Both the position numbers and the translations under genes were made by a program. The notes under the pieces are model-generated. The model was given only the letters and a program-made list of their open reading frames with translations, did no database searches and was not told the DNA's origin. This document shows positions 37,130 to 46,800 of a DNA stretch of 64,000 nucleotides, piece after piece (position 1 is the stretch's first letter; every line of letters begins with the position of its first letter). This DNA comes from an uncultured Bacteroidales bacterium (GTDB taxonomy: Bacteria > Bacteroidota > Bacteroidia > Bacteroidales > UBA10428): contig CAWAHF010000004.1 of NCBI GenBank assembly GCA_963781805.1, positions 2,311,688-2,375,687 on the forward strand, read 5' to 3'.

Positions 37130-37621
37130 CTAACTCATTTCTTTGAGATTGATACCATATAAAATAATAAACAGGGACGCGAAAACCAGGCCTCCCGAAA
37201 ACATGAGAATACTTATCAGGTTATAACCAATAAATACAAACGGTACCAAAATGATCAATACTCTGGCAGCAGCATAAAGATAAAACCCGGCTTTTTTCAA
37301 TTGCCACATCATAATAACTCCCAGCAAAGCAACAATGGACAGGATTACGATGGTCAGATAAATTCCGGTTATATTTTCCATCAGTTTTGTAATCGCATTA
37401 AAAATACCATGAATGAGTTTTTGAATGGGTTCCAGGGCATCTTAAATGTCCGCTTCATTTTTAAATACATCGTTGAGGAATGGAGCAATCGAAGAGGTTA
37501 TTGTTCCAAGCGTTGCGTTAATAGTGCCCGTAAGAATCCGGTATCCCAATCCGACAAAACTCAGGATGCCGATGACTGTCAGAAGGGCAGGACGTTCTTT
37601 TTTGTTATTCAGGGTTTCCAT
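37130..37621 (-). pseudogene. Small membrane protein gene with an in-frame TAA after codon 59 (or two adjacent in-frame genes)
   Basis: ATG 37621 reads METLNNKKERPALLTVIGILSFVGLGYRIL...NEADI, then TAA (37444-37442). The same frame continues DALEPIQKLIHGIFNAITKL and MENITG..., the 83-aa ORF at 37130-37381. Confidence 0.5.
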
Positions 37622-37733
37622 GTTTTTTGAATTTTTTATGATAGAAAATTGTTAATTATGGCATGAAAATTAATTAAAAACCAAATAAAATCAAAGAAAC
37701 CAGTTAGATATGTTAAATGTTGAAAGTTTTTTA

Positions 37734-37808
37734 GTCTATGGTTTGTTGGTCCACGGTTTATTAATCCACGGTTAGTTGTTCTAAGATTTGTTTGTCTATG
37801 GTTAAACA
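37734..37808. repeat. Degenerate 15-bp tandem repeat, five units
   Basis: gtctatggtttgttg / gtccacggtttatta / atccacggttagttg / ttctaagatttgttt / gtctatggttaaaca. Confidence 0.6.
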
Positions 37809-37865
37809 ATAAAGATTAGGGACAGAAATTTTGAGTCGGATTTTTGAAATTGAAAATCCTATAAT

Positions 37866-38075
37866 ATAAAAATTTTGATACTGCCACACATTCTTTATGC
37901 CCCTGTCACTTATAAACCCCATATTTTCAATCTTCTCTCCTACATCCACCCTTCCATTCTTCCCACATTCCCATTCTCCCCCTATTCCCCTATTCCCTAT
38001 TCCCCCTATACCTCTATTCCCTCTTCCCCTATTTCCCTTATTTCCCTATACCCAAAGCCCTCTTCCCCCCTCCGT
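37866..38075. repeat. Dispersed repeat, copy B (pyrimidine-rich on the + strand), inverted relative to copy A at 1-185
   Basis: The reverse complement of 37918-37983 reads gggagaatgggaatgtgggaagaatggaagggtggatgtaggagagaagattgaaaatatgg, matching 60-133. 37866-37893 matches 153-180. Confidence 0.7.
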
Positions 38076-38158
38076 TAATAACTTGTTGCAAACTATTTTG
38101 GTCTATTTTTTTTTATAAAATGAATATAAAGTATTTTTGAGCCTTAAAATTCAATAAA

Positions 38159-39439
38159 ATGGAAAGAGATAACCAAATATTCGGCCTTATCAAAAAAGAG
38201 TATGAACGTCAGTTGCATGGTGTGGAACTGATCGCTTCTGAGAATTTTGTCAGTAACCAGGTGATGGAAGCCATGGGCACCTGCCTGACGAATAAATATG
38301 CAGAAGGTCTTCCGGGCAAAAGATATTACGGAGGCTGTCAGGTGGTTGATGAGGTTGAAACACTCGCCATAGAAAGAGCCAAGAAACTTTTCAATGCAAC
38401 CTGGGCAAACGTACAGCCCCATTCGGGCGCTCAGGCAAATGCAGCAGTGATGATGGCAGTTCTTACTCCGGGTGATACATTCCTTGGACTTGATTTGTCG
38501 CATGGAGGACATCTTACCCACGGCTCACCGGTGAACTATTCGGGAATGTTATACAGACCTGTTGCTTATACCGTTGGTGAAAAAACCGGTACGGTTGATT
38601 ATGATTTGATGGAACAACTGGCCATAAAAGAGAAACCAAAACTTATTGTTGCCGGAGCTTCAGCCTATTCACGCGACTGGGACTTCAAGCGTATGCGGGC
38701 AATTGCCGATAAAGTCGGCGCCCTGTTAATGGCGGATATTGCTCATCCGGCCGGACTAATTGCCAAGGGTTTTCTCAATCATCCGTTTCCGCACTGCCAT
38801 ATCGTAACCACTACCACACATAAAACGCTCAGAGGCCCTCGCGGAGGTATGATAATGATGCAGGAAGATTTCGAAAACCGGATGGGTGTTAAAACTCCGA
38901 AGGGACAGTTAAAAACCATGACACAAATGCTTGATTCGGCAGTTTTTCCTGGGATACAGGGTGGACCACTTGAACATATTATTGCCGCTAAAGCAGTATC
39001 CTTCAGCGAAGCACTGACAGACAGTTACAAAGAGTATATTGTACAGGTGATAAAGAATGCAAAGGTGATGGCGGCAAAATTTATAGAATTGGGTTATAAC
39101 GTTATTTCCGGCGGAACAGATAACCACTCCATGCTGATTGACCTACGTACCAAGGTGCCTGATATTACAGGCAAACAGGTAGAAAATGTTCTTGTGGAAG
39201 CAGATATCACTCTGAATAAAAACATGGTTCCATTCGATACCCGCTCTCCTTTCCAGGCTTCTGGTGTAAGAGTCGGCACTCCGGCAATAACCACCCGTGG
39301 TGTAAAAGAAGATGTTATTGAAACGGTTGTGGAACTCATCGACGAAGTGATTACCCATATCGATGACCAGAAAGTGATTGCTGCAACCCGACAAAAAGTA
39401 AATAAGCTGATGGAGGGATATCCGCTGTTTGGGTATTGA
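38159..39439 (+). CDS. glyA: Serine hydroxymethyltransferase
   Basis: 426 aa. Motifs [22 protein letters not shown], and the PLP site [14 protein letters not shown]. Confidence 0.95.
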   Translation: MERDNQIFGLIKKEYERQLHGVELIASENFVSNQVMEAMGTCLTNKYAEGLPGKRYYGGCQVVDEVETLAIERAKKLFNATWANVQPHSGAQANAAVMMAVLTPGDTFLGLDLSHGGHLTHGSPVNYSGMLYRPVAYTVGEKTGTVDYDLMEQLAIKEKPKLIVAGASAYSRDWDFKRMRAIADKVGALLMADIAHPAGLIAKGFLNHPFPHCHIVTTTTHKTLRGPRGGMIMMQEDFENRMGVKTPKGQLKTMTQMLDSAVFPGIQGGPLEHIIAAKAVSFSEALTDSYKEYIVQVIKNAKVMAAKFIELGYNVISGGTDNHSMLIDLRTKVPDITGKQVENVLVEADITLNKNMVPFDTRSPFQASGVRVGTPAITTRGVKEDVIETVVELIDEVITHIDDQKVIAATRQKVNKLMEGYPLFGY

Positions 39440-39456
39440 GAAGTTAGTTTCAAGTA

Positions 39457-39505
39457 ACAAGTCTCAAGTTATATGAAATAATTACCAATCTAACTTGAGA
39501 CTTGT
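39457..39505. terminator. Perfect 15-bp-stem hairpin downstream of glyA
   Basis: acaagtctcaagtta (39457-39471) pairs with taacttgagacttgt (39491-39505), with a 19-nt loop. No clear T-run follows. Confidence 0.4.
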
Positions 39506-39566
39506 GACCAGAAACCTGTCACCAAATAATCTTCTACCCACAAATCATGAATAACGAACAAATTTT

Positions 39567-40325
39567 ATGACAAATCACTGGTGGCTCTATCCTGCTGTAA
39601 TCGGAGCAGGAATTATTGCGGGATTTATCAATACCCTTGCTGGCAGTGGTTCGCTGCTGACTTTGCCGTTGCTCATGTTTCTCGGACTTCCGGCAAATAT
39701 GGCAAACGGCACCAACCGCATTGGCATTCTGTTTCAAAGCATCGTAGGTTCGTATGCCTTTAAAAAGCAAAATGTGCTTGACCTTAAAACAGGCTTTATT
39801 TATGGTATCCCTACCATTGTTGGCGCTGTTGCTGGCGCTATACTGGCGCTTGCCTTAGGAGATTTTGCCATGGAAAAAGCCATCGGACTTTTGTTGATTC
39901 TAATGTTTTTTCTGATACTTTTCAAGCCCGAAATGTGGATCAAAGGACAGGCCGGAAAAATACAGGGAAAACCAACAGTTCTCAACATTGTAATCTTTTT
40001 TGCAATTGGATTTTATGGTGGTTTTATACAGGCAGGAGTGGGATTGTTTTTACTTGCCGGCCTGGTGCTTGGCGTTGGAGTTGACCTTGTTAGAGCCAAT
40101 GCATTGAAGGTTTTCCTTGTGCTGCTGTATACCCCCGTTGTACTTTTATTTTTTATGAAATACAACCAGATAGACTATAAACTGGGTATTATCCTTGCCA
40201 TCGGTAACTCCATTGGCGCCTACCTTGGCACCAAAGTGGCCGTAAGCTGGGGACCGAAATTTATCAGAATTGTGCTTTTGTTGGCAATTCTTGGTTCTTC
40301 ATTGAAGTTGTTGGGGGTGTTTTAG
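39567..40325 (+). CDS. TauE/SafE-family sulfite/anion exporter
   Basis: 252 aa with ~8 TM helices and duplicated GxGGG-like halves (FINTLAGSGS; GFYGGFIQAGVG). Confidence 0.85.
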   Translation: MTNHWWLYPAVIGAGIIAGFINTLAGSGSLLTLPLLMFLGLPANMANGTNRIGILFQSIVGSYAFKKQNVLDLKTGFIYGIPTIVGAVAGAILALALGDFAMEKAIGLLLILMFFLILFKPEMWIKGQAGKIQGKPTVLNIVIFFAIGFYGGFIQAGVGLFLLAGLVLGVGVDLVRANALKVFLVLLYTPVVLLFFMKYNQIDYKLGIILAIGNSIGAYLGTKVAVSWGPKFIRIVLLLAILGSSLKLLGVF

Positions 40326-40549
40326 GTGCATTATTCATTATTGAGTATTGGATATTCAAATTTTCAACGCTGGTTATCCAGCCTTAAATCTTAAAGTTTC
40401 TTTTAAACTCTAACAGTTGCAGTATGAAATCGTTGATTAGAAAGGGCTTCTCCTTCGTAATTTTCCTACGGTAAAGGAGCTGCGTTCGTATCCACTTCTG
40501 ATGTTGAAGAGAGGCAGGGCGCTTAAAGACACACTGCCTCCCCAATGTT

Positions 40550-40714
40550 TTATACCGTGTGCCTGCTGTGCTTTTTTCCTTTTAACTCAGCTAATTGTCT
40601 TTTAATAAAATTTTTTTCTTGTTCTAAAGACATATCCATAATATCATTGCTGAATTTATCTCTTATCTCACGCATTTTCCGAACAATCCCGGTTTTAACT
40701 ATTTGTTTCTTCAT
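40550..40714 (-). CDS. 54-aa ORF overlapping the 3' end of the PIN gene (possible cognate antitoxin in reverse gene order)
   Basis: MKKQIVKTGIVRKMREIRDKFSNDIMDMSLEQEKNFIKRQLAELKGKKHSRHTV. Its ATG lies 20 nt inside the PIN ORF. Hairpin gaggcag/ctgcctc (40511-40540) lies downstream. It is below the ORF-track size cutoff. Confidence 0.35.
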   Translation of the reverse strand: MKKQIVKTGIVRKMREIRDKFSNDIMDMSLEQEKNFIKRQLAELKGKKHSRHTV

Positions 40715-41165
40715 AATCAAAAATCTCTTTAGGTGTCCTAATTTCTATCATTTGGTACCCTTCTCTAAAATTAATCGAATTATATCCTCTAATCCGTTCA
40801 AGATTTACGATGTGCTTAAAATTCCAACTTACTAAAACATCCGCTTTACAAACTGTAGCTAAAGCAATATGTTGGCAATCTGCCCTGCTCGTTTTGCCAA
40901 CAACCTTCTCTTTTATGTACATATCTGCTAAATTACGAATCTCATCAGTCAATTCGACTTTTTCAATTAACTCATCTGGTAAGGATTCATAAAAATCTTG
41001 TATAAAATCAGGTGCACGATATATTTCTAATTCCAAAACCTCCGATATAATAACTTTAATCTTATCCTTGAAAATTTTCTCAAAAAAAGGTTTTGTCTCC
41101 TTTTCAAATTCCTCATCGAAATATCCTCCAAATACTGATGTATCTATGTACATTCTTTTTATCAT
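40695..41165 (-). CDS. PIN-domain protein (VapC-like toxin candidate)
   Basis: 156 aa. Begins MYIDTSVFGGY (first PIN Asp), with downstream acidic residues (EVLELE; ADCQHIALA...VLVSWNFKH). The start could be ATG 41153. Confidence 0.6.
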   Translation of the reverse strand: MIKRMYIDTSVFGGYFDEEFEKETKPFFEKIFKDKIKVIISEVLELEIYRAPDFIQDFYESLPDELIEKVELTDEIRNLADMYIKEKVVGKTSRADCQHIALATVCKADVLVSWNFKHIVNLERIRGYNSINFREGYQMIEIRTPKEIFDYEETNS

Positions 41166-41490
41166 ATAGCAAAGTTACGGATTTTCAGGATGTTTTCTAT
41201 CTGAATCATTCAGTTAGTTTGTCATACCCGTAAAGTTCTCGGTTTGCTAGCATTGCAGGCAACATCTATTTTTGAATAACTCAGACAATTCTCAAGTTCG
41301 TATTTTGATAATAATATCCTGATATTTTCTTTACTCCTTTCTGTCATATAAGGAGATGTTATTACCTGGAAAGTAACTAATCAGTTTGATTAAAGCTAAA
41401 GCAATTGAAAACATCCTCCAAATCAATTTGTCTAAAACCAGAAATCCCTTTGATAGTAATAGATTCAGGCTACTAAAAATTAAAAAGAAA

Positions 41491-41519
41491 AAGGCTGCCC
41501 TTTTTCAAGATGCAGCCTT
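41491..41519 (-). terminator. Rho-independent terminator retained downstream of the HU-like remnant
   Basis: On the minus strand: aaggctgc-atcttgaaaaagg-gcagcctt followed by tttttcttttt. Confidence 0.6.
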
Positions 41520-41550
41520 TACGATATGCAAGATGTTTTTAAACTAAACT

Positions 41551-41733
41551 CTATGCCTTTTCATACCTAAGGTTGTTCAACATTTTTTTCAGTTCTTTGC
41601 CGGGAGTGAAAATAATCTTAGCGCCTTTGATATTTGTTGCTTTGAAATCTGCTGTGTTATCAACTCCGTCTGAACTTATGCTAATTCTGAAGTTTCCAAA
41701 ATCACATAATTTCACATTCTGCCCGTCGGCATA
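41551..41733 (-). pseudogene. 3' fragment of a Bacteroidota HU-family DNA-binding protein gene
   Basis: Minus-strand frame YADGQNVKLCDFGNFRISISSDGVDNTADFKATNIKGAKIIFTPGKELKKMLNNLRYEKA* resembles the C-terminal half of HU-like proteins. A stop codon lies immediately upstream and there is no start codon. Confidence 0.55.
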
Positions 41734-41793
41734 CTATACTTCATCATTCATCATTCGATGTTCGATATTGAATATTGAATTCAAATCTTTTGT

Positions 41794-42603
41794 TTACCTT
41801 AAATTGAAATGGTAGGTAATGGTTCCCTTTTGATGCATTGGGGCATCTTCTTTTGCGCTGAACTTTGATTTTAATGCGGCTTCCCTGGCCAGCCTGAGTA
41901 ATGTTACATCGGCTGTGGTTGTACCTTTCACTCCTTCGCGGGCGCTTACCACATTTCCATCCTGGTCGACCAGTATCTCGACGACTACAATACCTTGTTG
42001 TTTGTAATTCAATGATGGTTCGGGCAAATACACTTTACCGCGTCCTTCAAGACTGTATCCTACTCCCCCCCCGGTTGGCCCGCCAATCCGGCTTTGCGAA
42101 TTCACATCGCCTTCGGGACTGCCCTGGTTACCCCCCGGTTTGGTATCTCCTTCTGAACCAGAGGTCTGGGTAGACGTATTTTTTCCGGTATAAAGCGTAC
42201 GGGGATCAACTGTTTTGACTGGTTCAGCCGGTTTTTCCTCAACTTTAGGTTTTTGAACAGGTTTTGTGTTTGTTTTTACAGGTTCTGTCTTCTTTTTGGT
42301 GGTTTCCTTTTTAACAGGTAATGAGGGGGCCTCCTCATAATCCTGTGTCATTATGTTTTTATCGGATGAAGTCTTTTGTGTTTCCGAAGGTGGAACCGGT
42401 TCTGCTATTTCTTCCTGTTTTGCCGGTTCAGACATGGCAGGTTCAACCGATCCAAATCCCTGGCTGCTGGTTCCGAAATTAATTAATATACCTCTCTCCC
42501 CCGGCAAAGGCAAAGGAGTGGAGAACCCAAACAATAAAAATAGTAAAAGCAGGATGGCGTGAAAAACCACTGTAGCTGTTATTCCTTTTTTGTCCATCTG
42601 CAT
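41794..42603 (-). CDS. tonB: TonB-family energy transducer
   Basis: 269 aa. N-terminal TM, P/E/K/T-rich spacer, and a C-terminal TonB domain (GIVVVEILVDQDGNVVSA...). Confidence 0.75.
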   Translation of the reverse strand: MQMDKKGITATVVFHAILLLLFLLFGFSTPLPLPGERGILINFGTSSQGFGSVEPAMSEPAKQEEIAEPVPPSETQKTSSDKNIMTQDYEEAPSLPVKKETTKKKTEPVKTNTKPVQKPKVEEKPAEPVKTVDPRTLYTGKNTSTQTSGSEGDTKPGGNQGSPEGDVNSQSRIGGPTGGGVGYSLEGRGKVYLPEPSLNYKQQGIVVVEILVDQDGNVVSAREGVKGTTTADVTLLRLAREAALKSKFSAKEDAPMHQKGTITYHFNLR

Positions 42604-42616
42604 GATTTAACACCTG

Positions 42617-43024
42617 TTACTCCGGCGAAGTTGCCAGAATGAGTTTATAATTATTATTACGTGCTATGTTCATTACTTTTACCACCTGCTCTAACGGAAC
42701 ACTTCTGTCGGCATAGAGCGATATGGTCGGATCTTCGTGGTATTTTACCTTGTACGCCCTGAGGTCACGCTGCAATTCCTTTTCAAGATTGGCAAACGGT
42801 ATCTCTTTTTTTTCCAGATAAAACCTGAGATCTTTAGTTATAGAAACAGTTGTAACCGGCTTAGCAGAAGTCTGGTTATTGCTCTGCGGTAACAACAGTT
42901 TCAATGCATTTGGAACCACCAGTGTGGATGTCAGCATAAAAAAGATCAGAAGCAGAAATACAATATCTGTCATCCCCGACATGCTGAACTGCACACTTAT
43001 TTTATTTCTTGAACTTAAGCTCAT
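42617..43024 (-). CDS. exbD: ExbD/TolR biopolymer transport protein
   Basis: 135 aa with MTDIVFLLLIFFMLTS, typical of ExbD. Confidence 0.85.
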   Translation of the reverse strand: MSLSSRNKISVQFSMSGMTDIVFLLLIFFMLTSTLVVPNALKLLLPQSNNQTSAKPVTTVSITKDLRFYLEKKEIPFANLEKELQRDLRAYKVKYHEDPTISLYADRSVPLEQVVKVMNIARNNNYKLILATSPE

Positions 43025-43035
43025 AGTGTTACTTT

Positions 43036-43734
43036 TTACATTCGTTTTGCAGGCTCATTCAGCAAATCCATAAATTCGGTGGAATGTGCTTCAAGTTTAA
43101 ACACTACCTTTTCTACATTTGCTACCAGGATATTGTAGGCAAAATAAGCAAGGATACCAACAATCAATCCGGCAACGGTTGTAATCAGAGCTGTATAAAT
43201 ACCACCGGATAACAATGATACATCAATATTATTGCCCGACATAGACATATCGTAAAAGGCCCTGACCATCCCCATTACTGTTCCCAGAAAACCAAGCATA
43301 GGAGCGCCGCCGGAGCAAGTGGCCAGTAAAGCCAGTCCTTTCTCAAGCTTATAGATTTCCAGTTTTCCGACATTTTCGATGGCTGCCGAAACGTCATTCA
43401 AGGGACGGCCTATACGGTTAATTCCTTTTTCAATCATCCGGGCGATAGGATTGTTAAACGACTGACATAATGCATGTGCCGATTCAAGTTTCCCTTCGTG
43501 AATATAATCTTTAATCCGGTTCATGAAATTAATGTCTATCCTGGAGGCCTTGTTGATGGCAAAGTACCTTTCGCTAAAAATATATATTGCAATAATGGAT
43601 AGCAATATAATAGGTATCATCACCAACCCCCCTTTTAGCGCCAAATCGAAAAATGACATGGTAATCTGTCCTTCCTGACCTGCGGCTGCCTGGGTTACAG
43701 CGCCTGTAACATCGGCTTGTAATAATATTAACAT
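43036..43734 (-). CDS. exbB: MotA/TolQ/ExbB proton channel protein
   Basis: 232 aa with the C-terminal motif GAPMLGFLGTVMGMVRAF. Confidence 0.85.
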   Translation of the reverse strand: MLILLQADVTGAVTQAAAGQEGQITMSFFDLALKGGLVMIPIILLSIIAIYIFSERYFAINKASRIDINFMNRIKDYIHEGKLESAHALCQSFNNPIARMIEKGINRIGRPLNDVSAAIENVGKLEIYKLEKGLALLATCSGGAPMLGFLGTVMGMVRAFYDMSMSGNNIDVSLLSGGIYTALITTVAGLIVGILAYFAYNILVANVEKVVFKLEAHSTEFMDLLNEPAKRM

Positions 43735-43824
43735 ATGTATTATGATTTAAGTTTATGTAAAGTTATAAAACGACTAAAAAAGGTAATTATTTTTTTGAAT
43801 TATTTATTAATGCTAAATTACTGG

Positions 43825-46800
43825 TTATTTATTAATTGTAACAGATTTTTTCTTTTTTCGATCAACTTCGCCCAATATAGCATGCCAATATCGTTTCCAG
43901 AGCTCACCGAATGTGTTAAATTCTTCTTTATATACCAGACCAACTCCCTGGGTATATGCAGATGATAAGGGAACTAACTGATCTTCGTTTGAATGGTTAA
44001 AAGCTGTAATCCTTAATTTGCCATTATTGGTTATTTTATAATCCACATCCACGTCGCCGACAATTTTATTTGTTTGCTGAGCAGTAGCGTTGGTAGTGTT
44101 GGTTGGAACTCCAAGATTGCCGTAAATGGTAAGATGATCATTCAACAGCTGGGTTGACATGGCTACTTCAATTTCATTGCTTTTCACTTTGCTGTTATCC
44201 GACCGGTAATTCAGCTGAAAGTCCACATCGTTACTGATTTGAGATAACCAGTTACTCAACTGATTGGAAAGAAATTCACTGGCATTCACATTGGCTGCGT
44301 CACTATATGGAGATGAACTTCCAAAGGTTGATGTTCCTGATGGATCTTCAGGTAAGAATCTGCTAAGTACAAGCAGGGCAGCGAACTGTTTGTTCAGTTC
44401 TTCATTGCTGCTGATTTTACTTTTTACCAAATCACGGGTTGATTCTTCAACATTCGGAAGGTAAATATCATATTGAATATTTGGACTCATAAGTTTTCCG
44501 GTCATCAATATCTGACAATCTACTGTGGTTTTTGTGGTACTGTTAATTTGTACGGATAAATCTTTCAGGGAAGCTTTGGTCCTGTAAATGGCTTTAAGAT
44601 TAATCTCTGCATCAAATGGATTTCCGTTCCAGTTTATGGTTCCCCCGTAATCAATCAGAAATTTTCTGTTAATTACATTCAGAAGGGTAAACAGGTATTC
44701 CCCTTCTTCCACAGTATAGTTGCCATACATATTAAACTGTCCGAGGGTATTAATCTGCATTTTAAGATTGCCGGAACCGTTACCTTTTATTATATCTCCC
44801 ACCGTTGGATCAAATATTAGCTGTACCTCGGCATCGGGGGTAACTTCCAAATCGAAATTTAACTGAAGGCCTGTCAGATTCACCTGGTATTTCTTTTCAA
44901 TAGATTCCGTATTTTCAGATTCATTGGGAGGAACAAAGTTTACAAAATTATATTGTGTAATGGTTTCCTGATTTGAAAGTGGAATATAAATACGCGTGTT
45001 TTTCTCTGTTTTTGCATTTATATCCATGGTAATATTTTTAGGTGTTCCCCTGATGATAACGAGACCGGTTCCAAAAGCAGATCCATAAAACTGTGAATTA
45101 TCCAAATGAGATGTGTTCAGAAACTCAAAGTCTTTTGCATTTATTGTAAGATTAAATCTGAAGTTTTTAAGGTAGTTATTTGAAATGGTGCCATTTACTA
45201 TCGAAGAATTTCCATAATTGTCAAAAACCTGCAGATCGTTGAATAAAATATTGTTTTTATCAATGGTAACCTTTTTGGTGAATTCGTACCTGGTTTTCAG
45301 GTAATTAACCGTAAATTCAGCTTTCTGCATCAGCAATTCACCTGAAAAAACAGGCTTTTTAATACTACCGTTGAGTTTCAGATTACCGGATGCAAGTCCC
45401 TTTAGATTACTTGCCAGATTTTTGATATAAGGATTGAACAAATCCAAGCGCAGTTTATTAAGATCAATATCAAAATCAAGTTTACCTTCTCCTCCGGGCA
45501 GATATTCACCTTCGATGGCAATGGTTTTCAGATTGCCACGTTTGGCATAGGCATCAATCTGTATAGATTTTTCGAGATTGTTCCATTGAGAATTAATAAC
45601 TGTGTTTCCCAACGTTTCATTATTTATCCCAAGGGAATCGATAGCAAGCTGCGAATAGAATACCGGATTTGCATAAACACTTGAAATATTGGCATTCCCG
45701 TTCATAATTCCGCTTATCCTAAAACCTTCTGAACCGGTGAACGAATTAAGATTATCAAGATTGAAGTCATGAAATTCGACATTCAGATTATCCTCCGGAT
45801 TTTCTGAGATATCTCCATATATTCTGAAATACTGATCTTTATGATTGATGTAAATATTACCCACTTCAATTTTTCTTTTATCGATTCTTACATCGCATTG
45901 GGCAATGTTCCATAACGTGTCATAGGTGATAATTTTTGTGGGCCTCAAATCAACCAGTAACATGGGAAAGGTATTATCATCCTGATGTTCAAACTGAATG
46001 GCTGCATTTATTTCACCCTTGTATGTTGCTGAATCCCAATTATTCCATCGAACTGTTAAATTAAGTGTATCTGAACCAATATCCGAAAGGATGGTAAAAT
46101 TTTCCAGGTTAATTTTATTACCGAGTACAAGATTTTCACTACCCGATGTCACATTAAATACCGAATCATCCGACTCCACATTCAAATAAAGATTATTCCA
46201 GGTATTATTCTTCACCCTCAGCAGAGGTGATTGAGCATGAACATACAAATGATTGGAATCCGGTTGAAAAGTCCCCTCAATGCTTGTATTTTCTCCAATA
46301 AAATAATCCTGAAAAAAATAGTCAAAAATAGGTTTGGTATTTTTAAATTTCACGTTGAACTGAAAACCGTTTTTTAAATCGTCAAACACACATTTGCCCG
46401 AATCAATTAAGGACGGCAAATAGTAATTAACAAACCTGTTCAAAGATTCATGAATTTTATCTACCTGGTAATTGCCTGAAACATCCACATCTACAAAATC
46501 TGACCTGAAAATAAAAGAATTTGAAACATGGTTGTTATATGCAGAAGCATACAGGTCATAAATCTGAATCTGTTGATCCTTTTTGGTGAACAAAGCATTA
46601 ACAAGCTTCACATTTCCGTTCATATTGCTCAATGAATTTCCTTCCGCATGAGCTTCTATATCGAATGAGATTTCCTGTGAAGGATCTTTTGGATCAATAT
46701 TCAGGGCATACAAATTTGCTTGTGTTACAGAAGCACTAAAATCGTATCTTGGAGTATCGCTGGCAATATCAATAATTCCCTTAAAGTCAAATACAATGTT

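Noticed and set aside
2407-37444. Possibility that the in-frame TAA and TAG codons (2407, 35197, 37444) reflect genome-wide stop-codon reassignment
   Set aside because: Essentially all other genes give full-length, correctly terminated ORFs under the standard code, and many of them end in TAA or TAG. Local nonsense mutations or sequence variants are much more likely.
37875-38118. Proline-rich ORFs (67 and 73 aa, PIPLFP repeats)
   Set aside because: They are translations of the pyrimidine-rich strand of the dispersed repeat. They have no start context, and the same repeat occurs in the opposite orientation at 1-185.
40440-40500. gcgttcgtatccac resembling a tRNA T-arm (GTTCGAATC), possibly a tRNA fragment or att site at the edge of the PIN islet
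   Set aside because: The flanking bases cannot form a T-stem or an acceptor stem, and no cloverleaf can be drawn.
41573-41815. 80-aa + strand ORF between the PIN islet and tonB
   Set aside because: It lies antisense to the HU-like remnant, which explains the open frame, and it overlaps the tonB 3' end.
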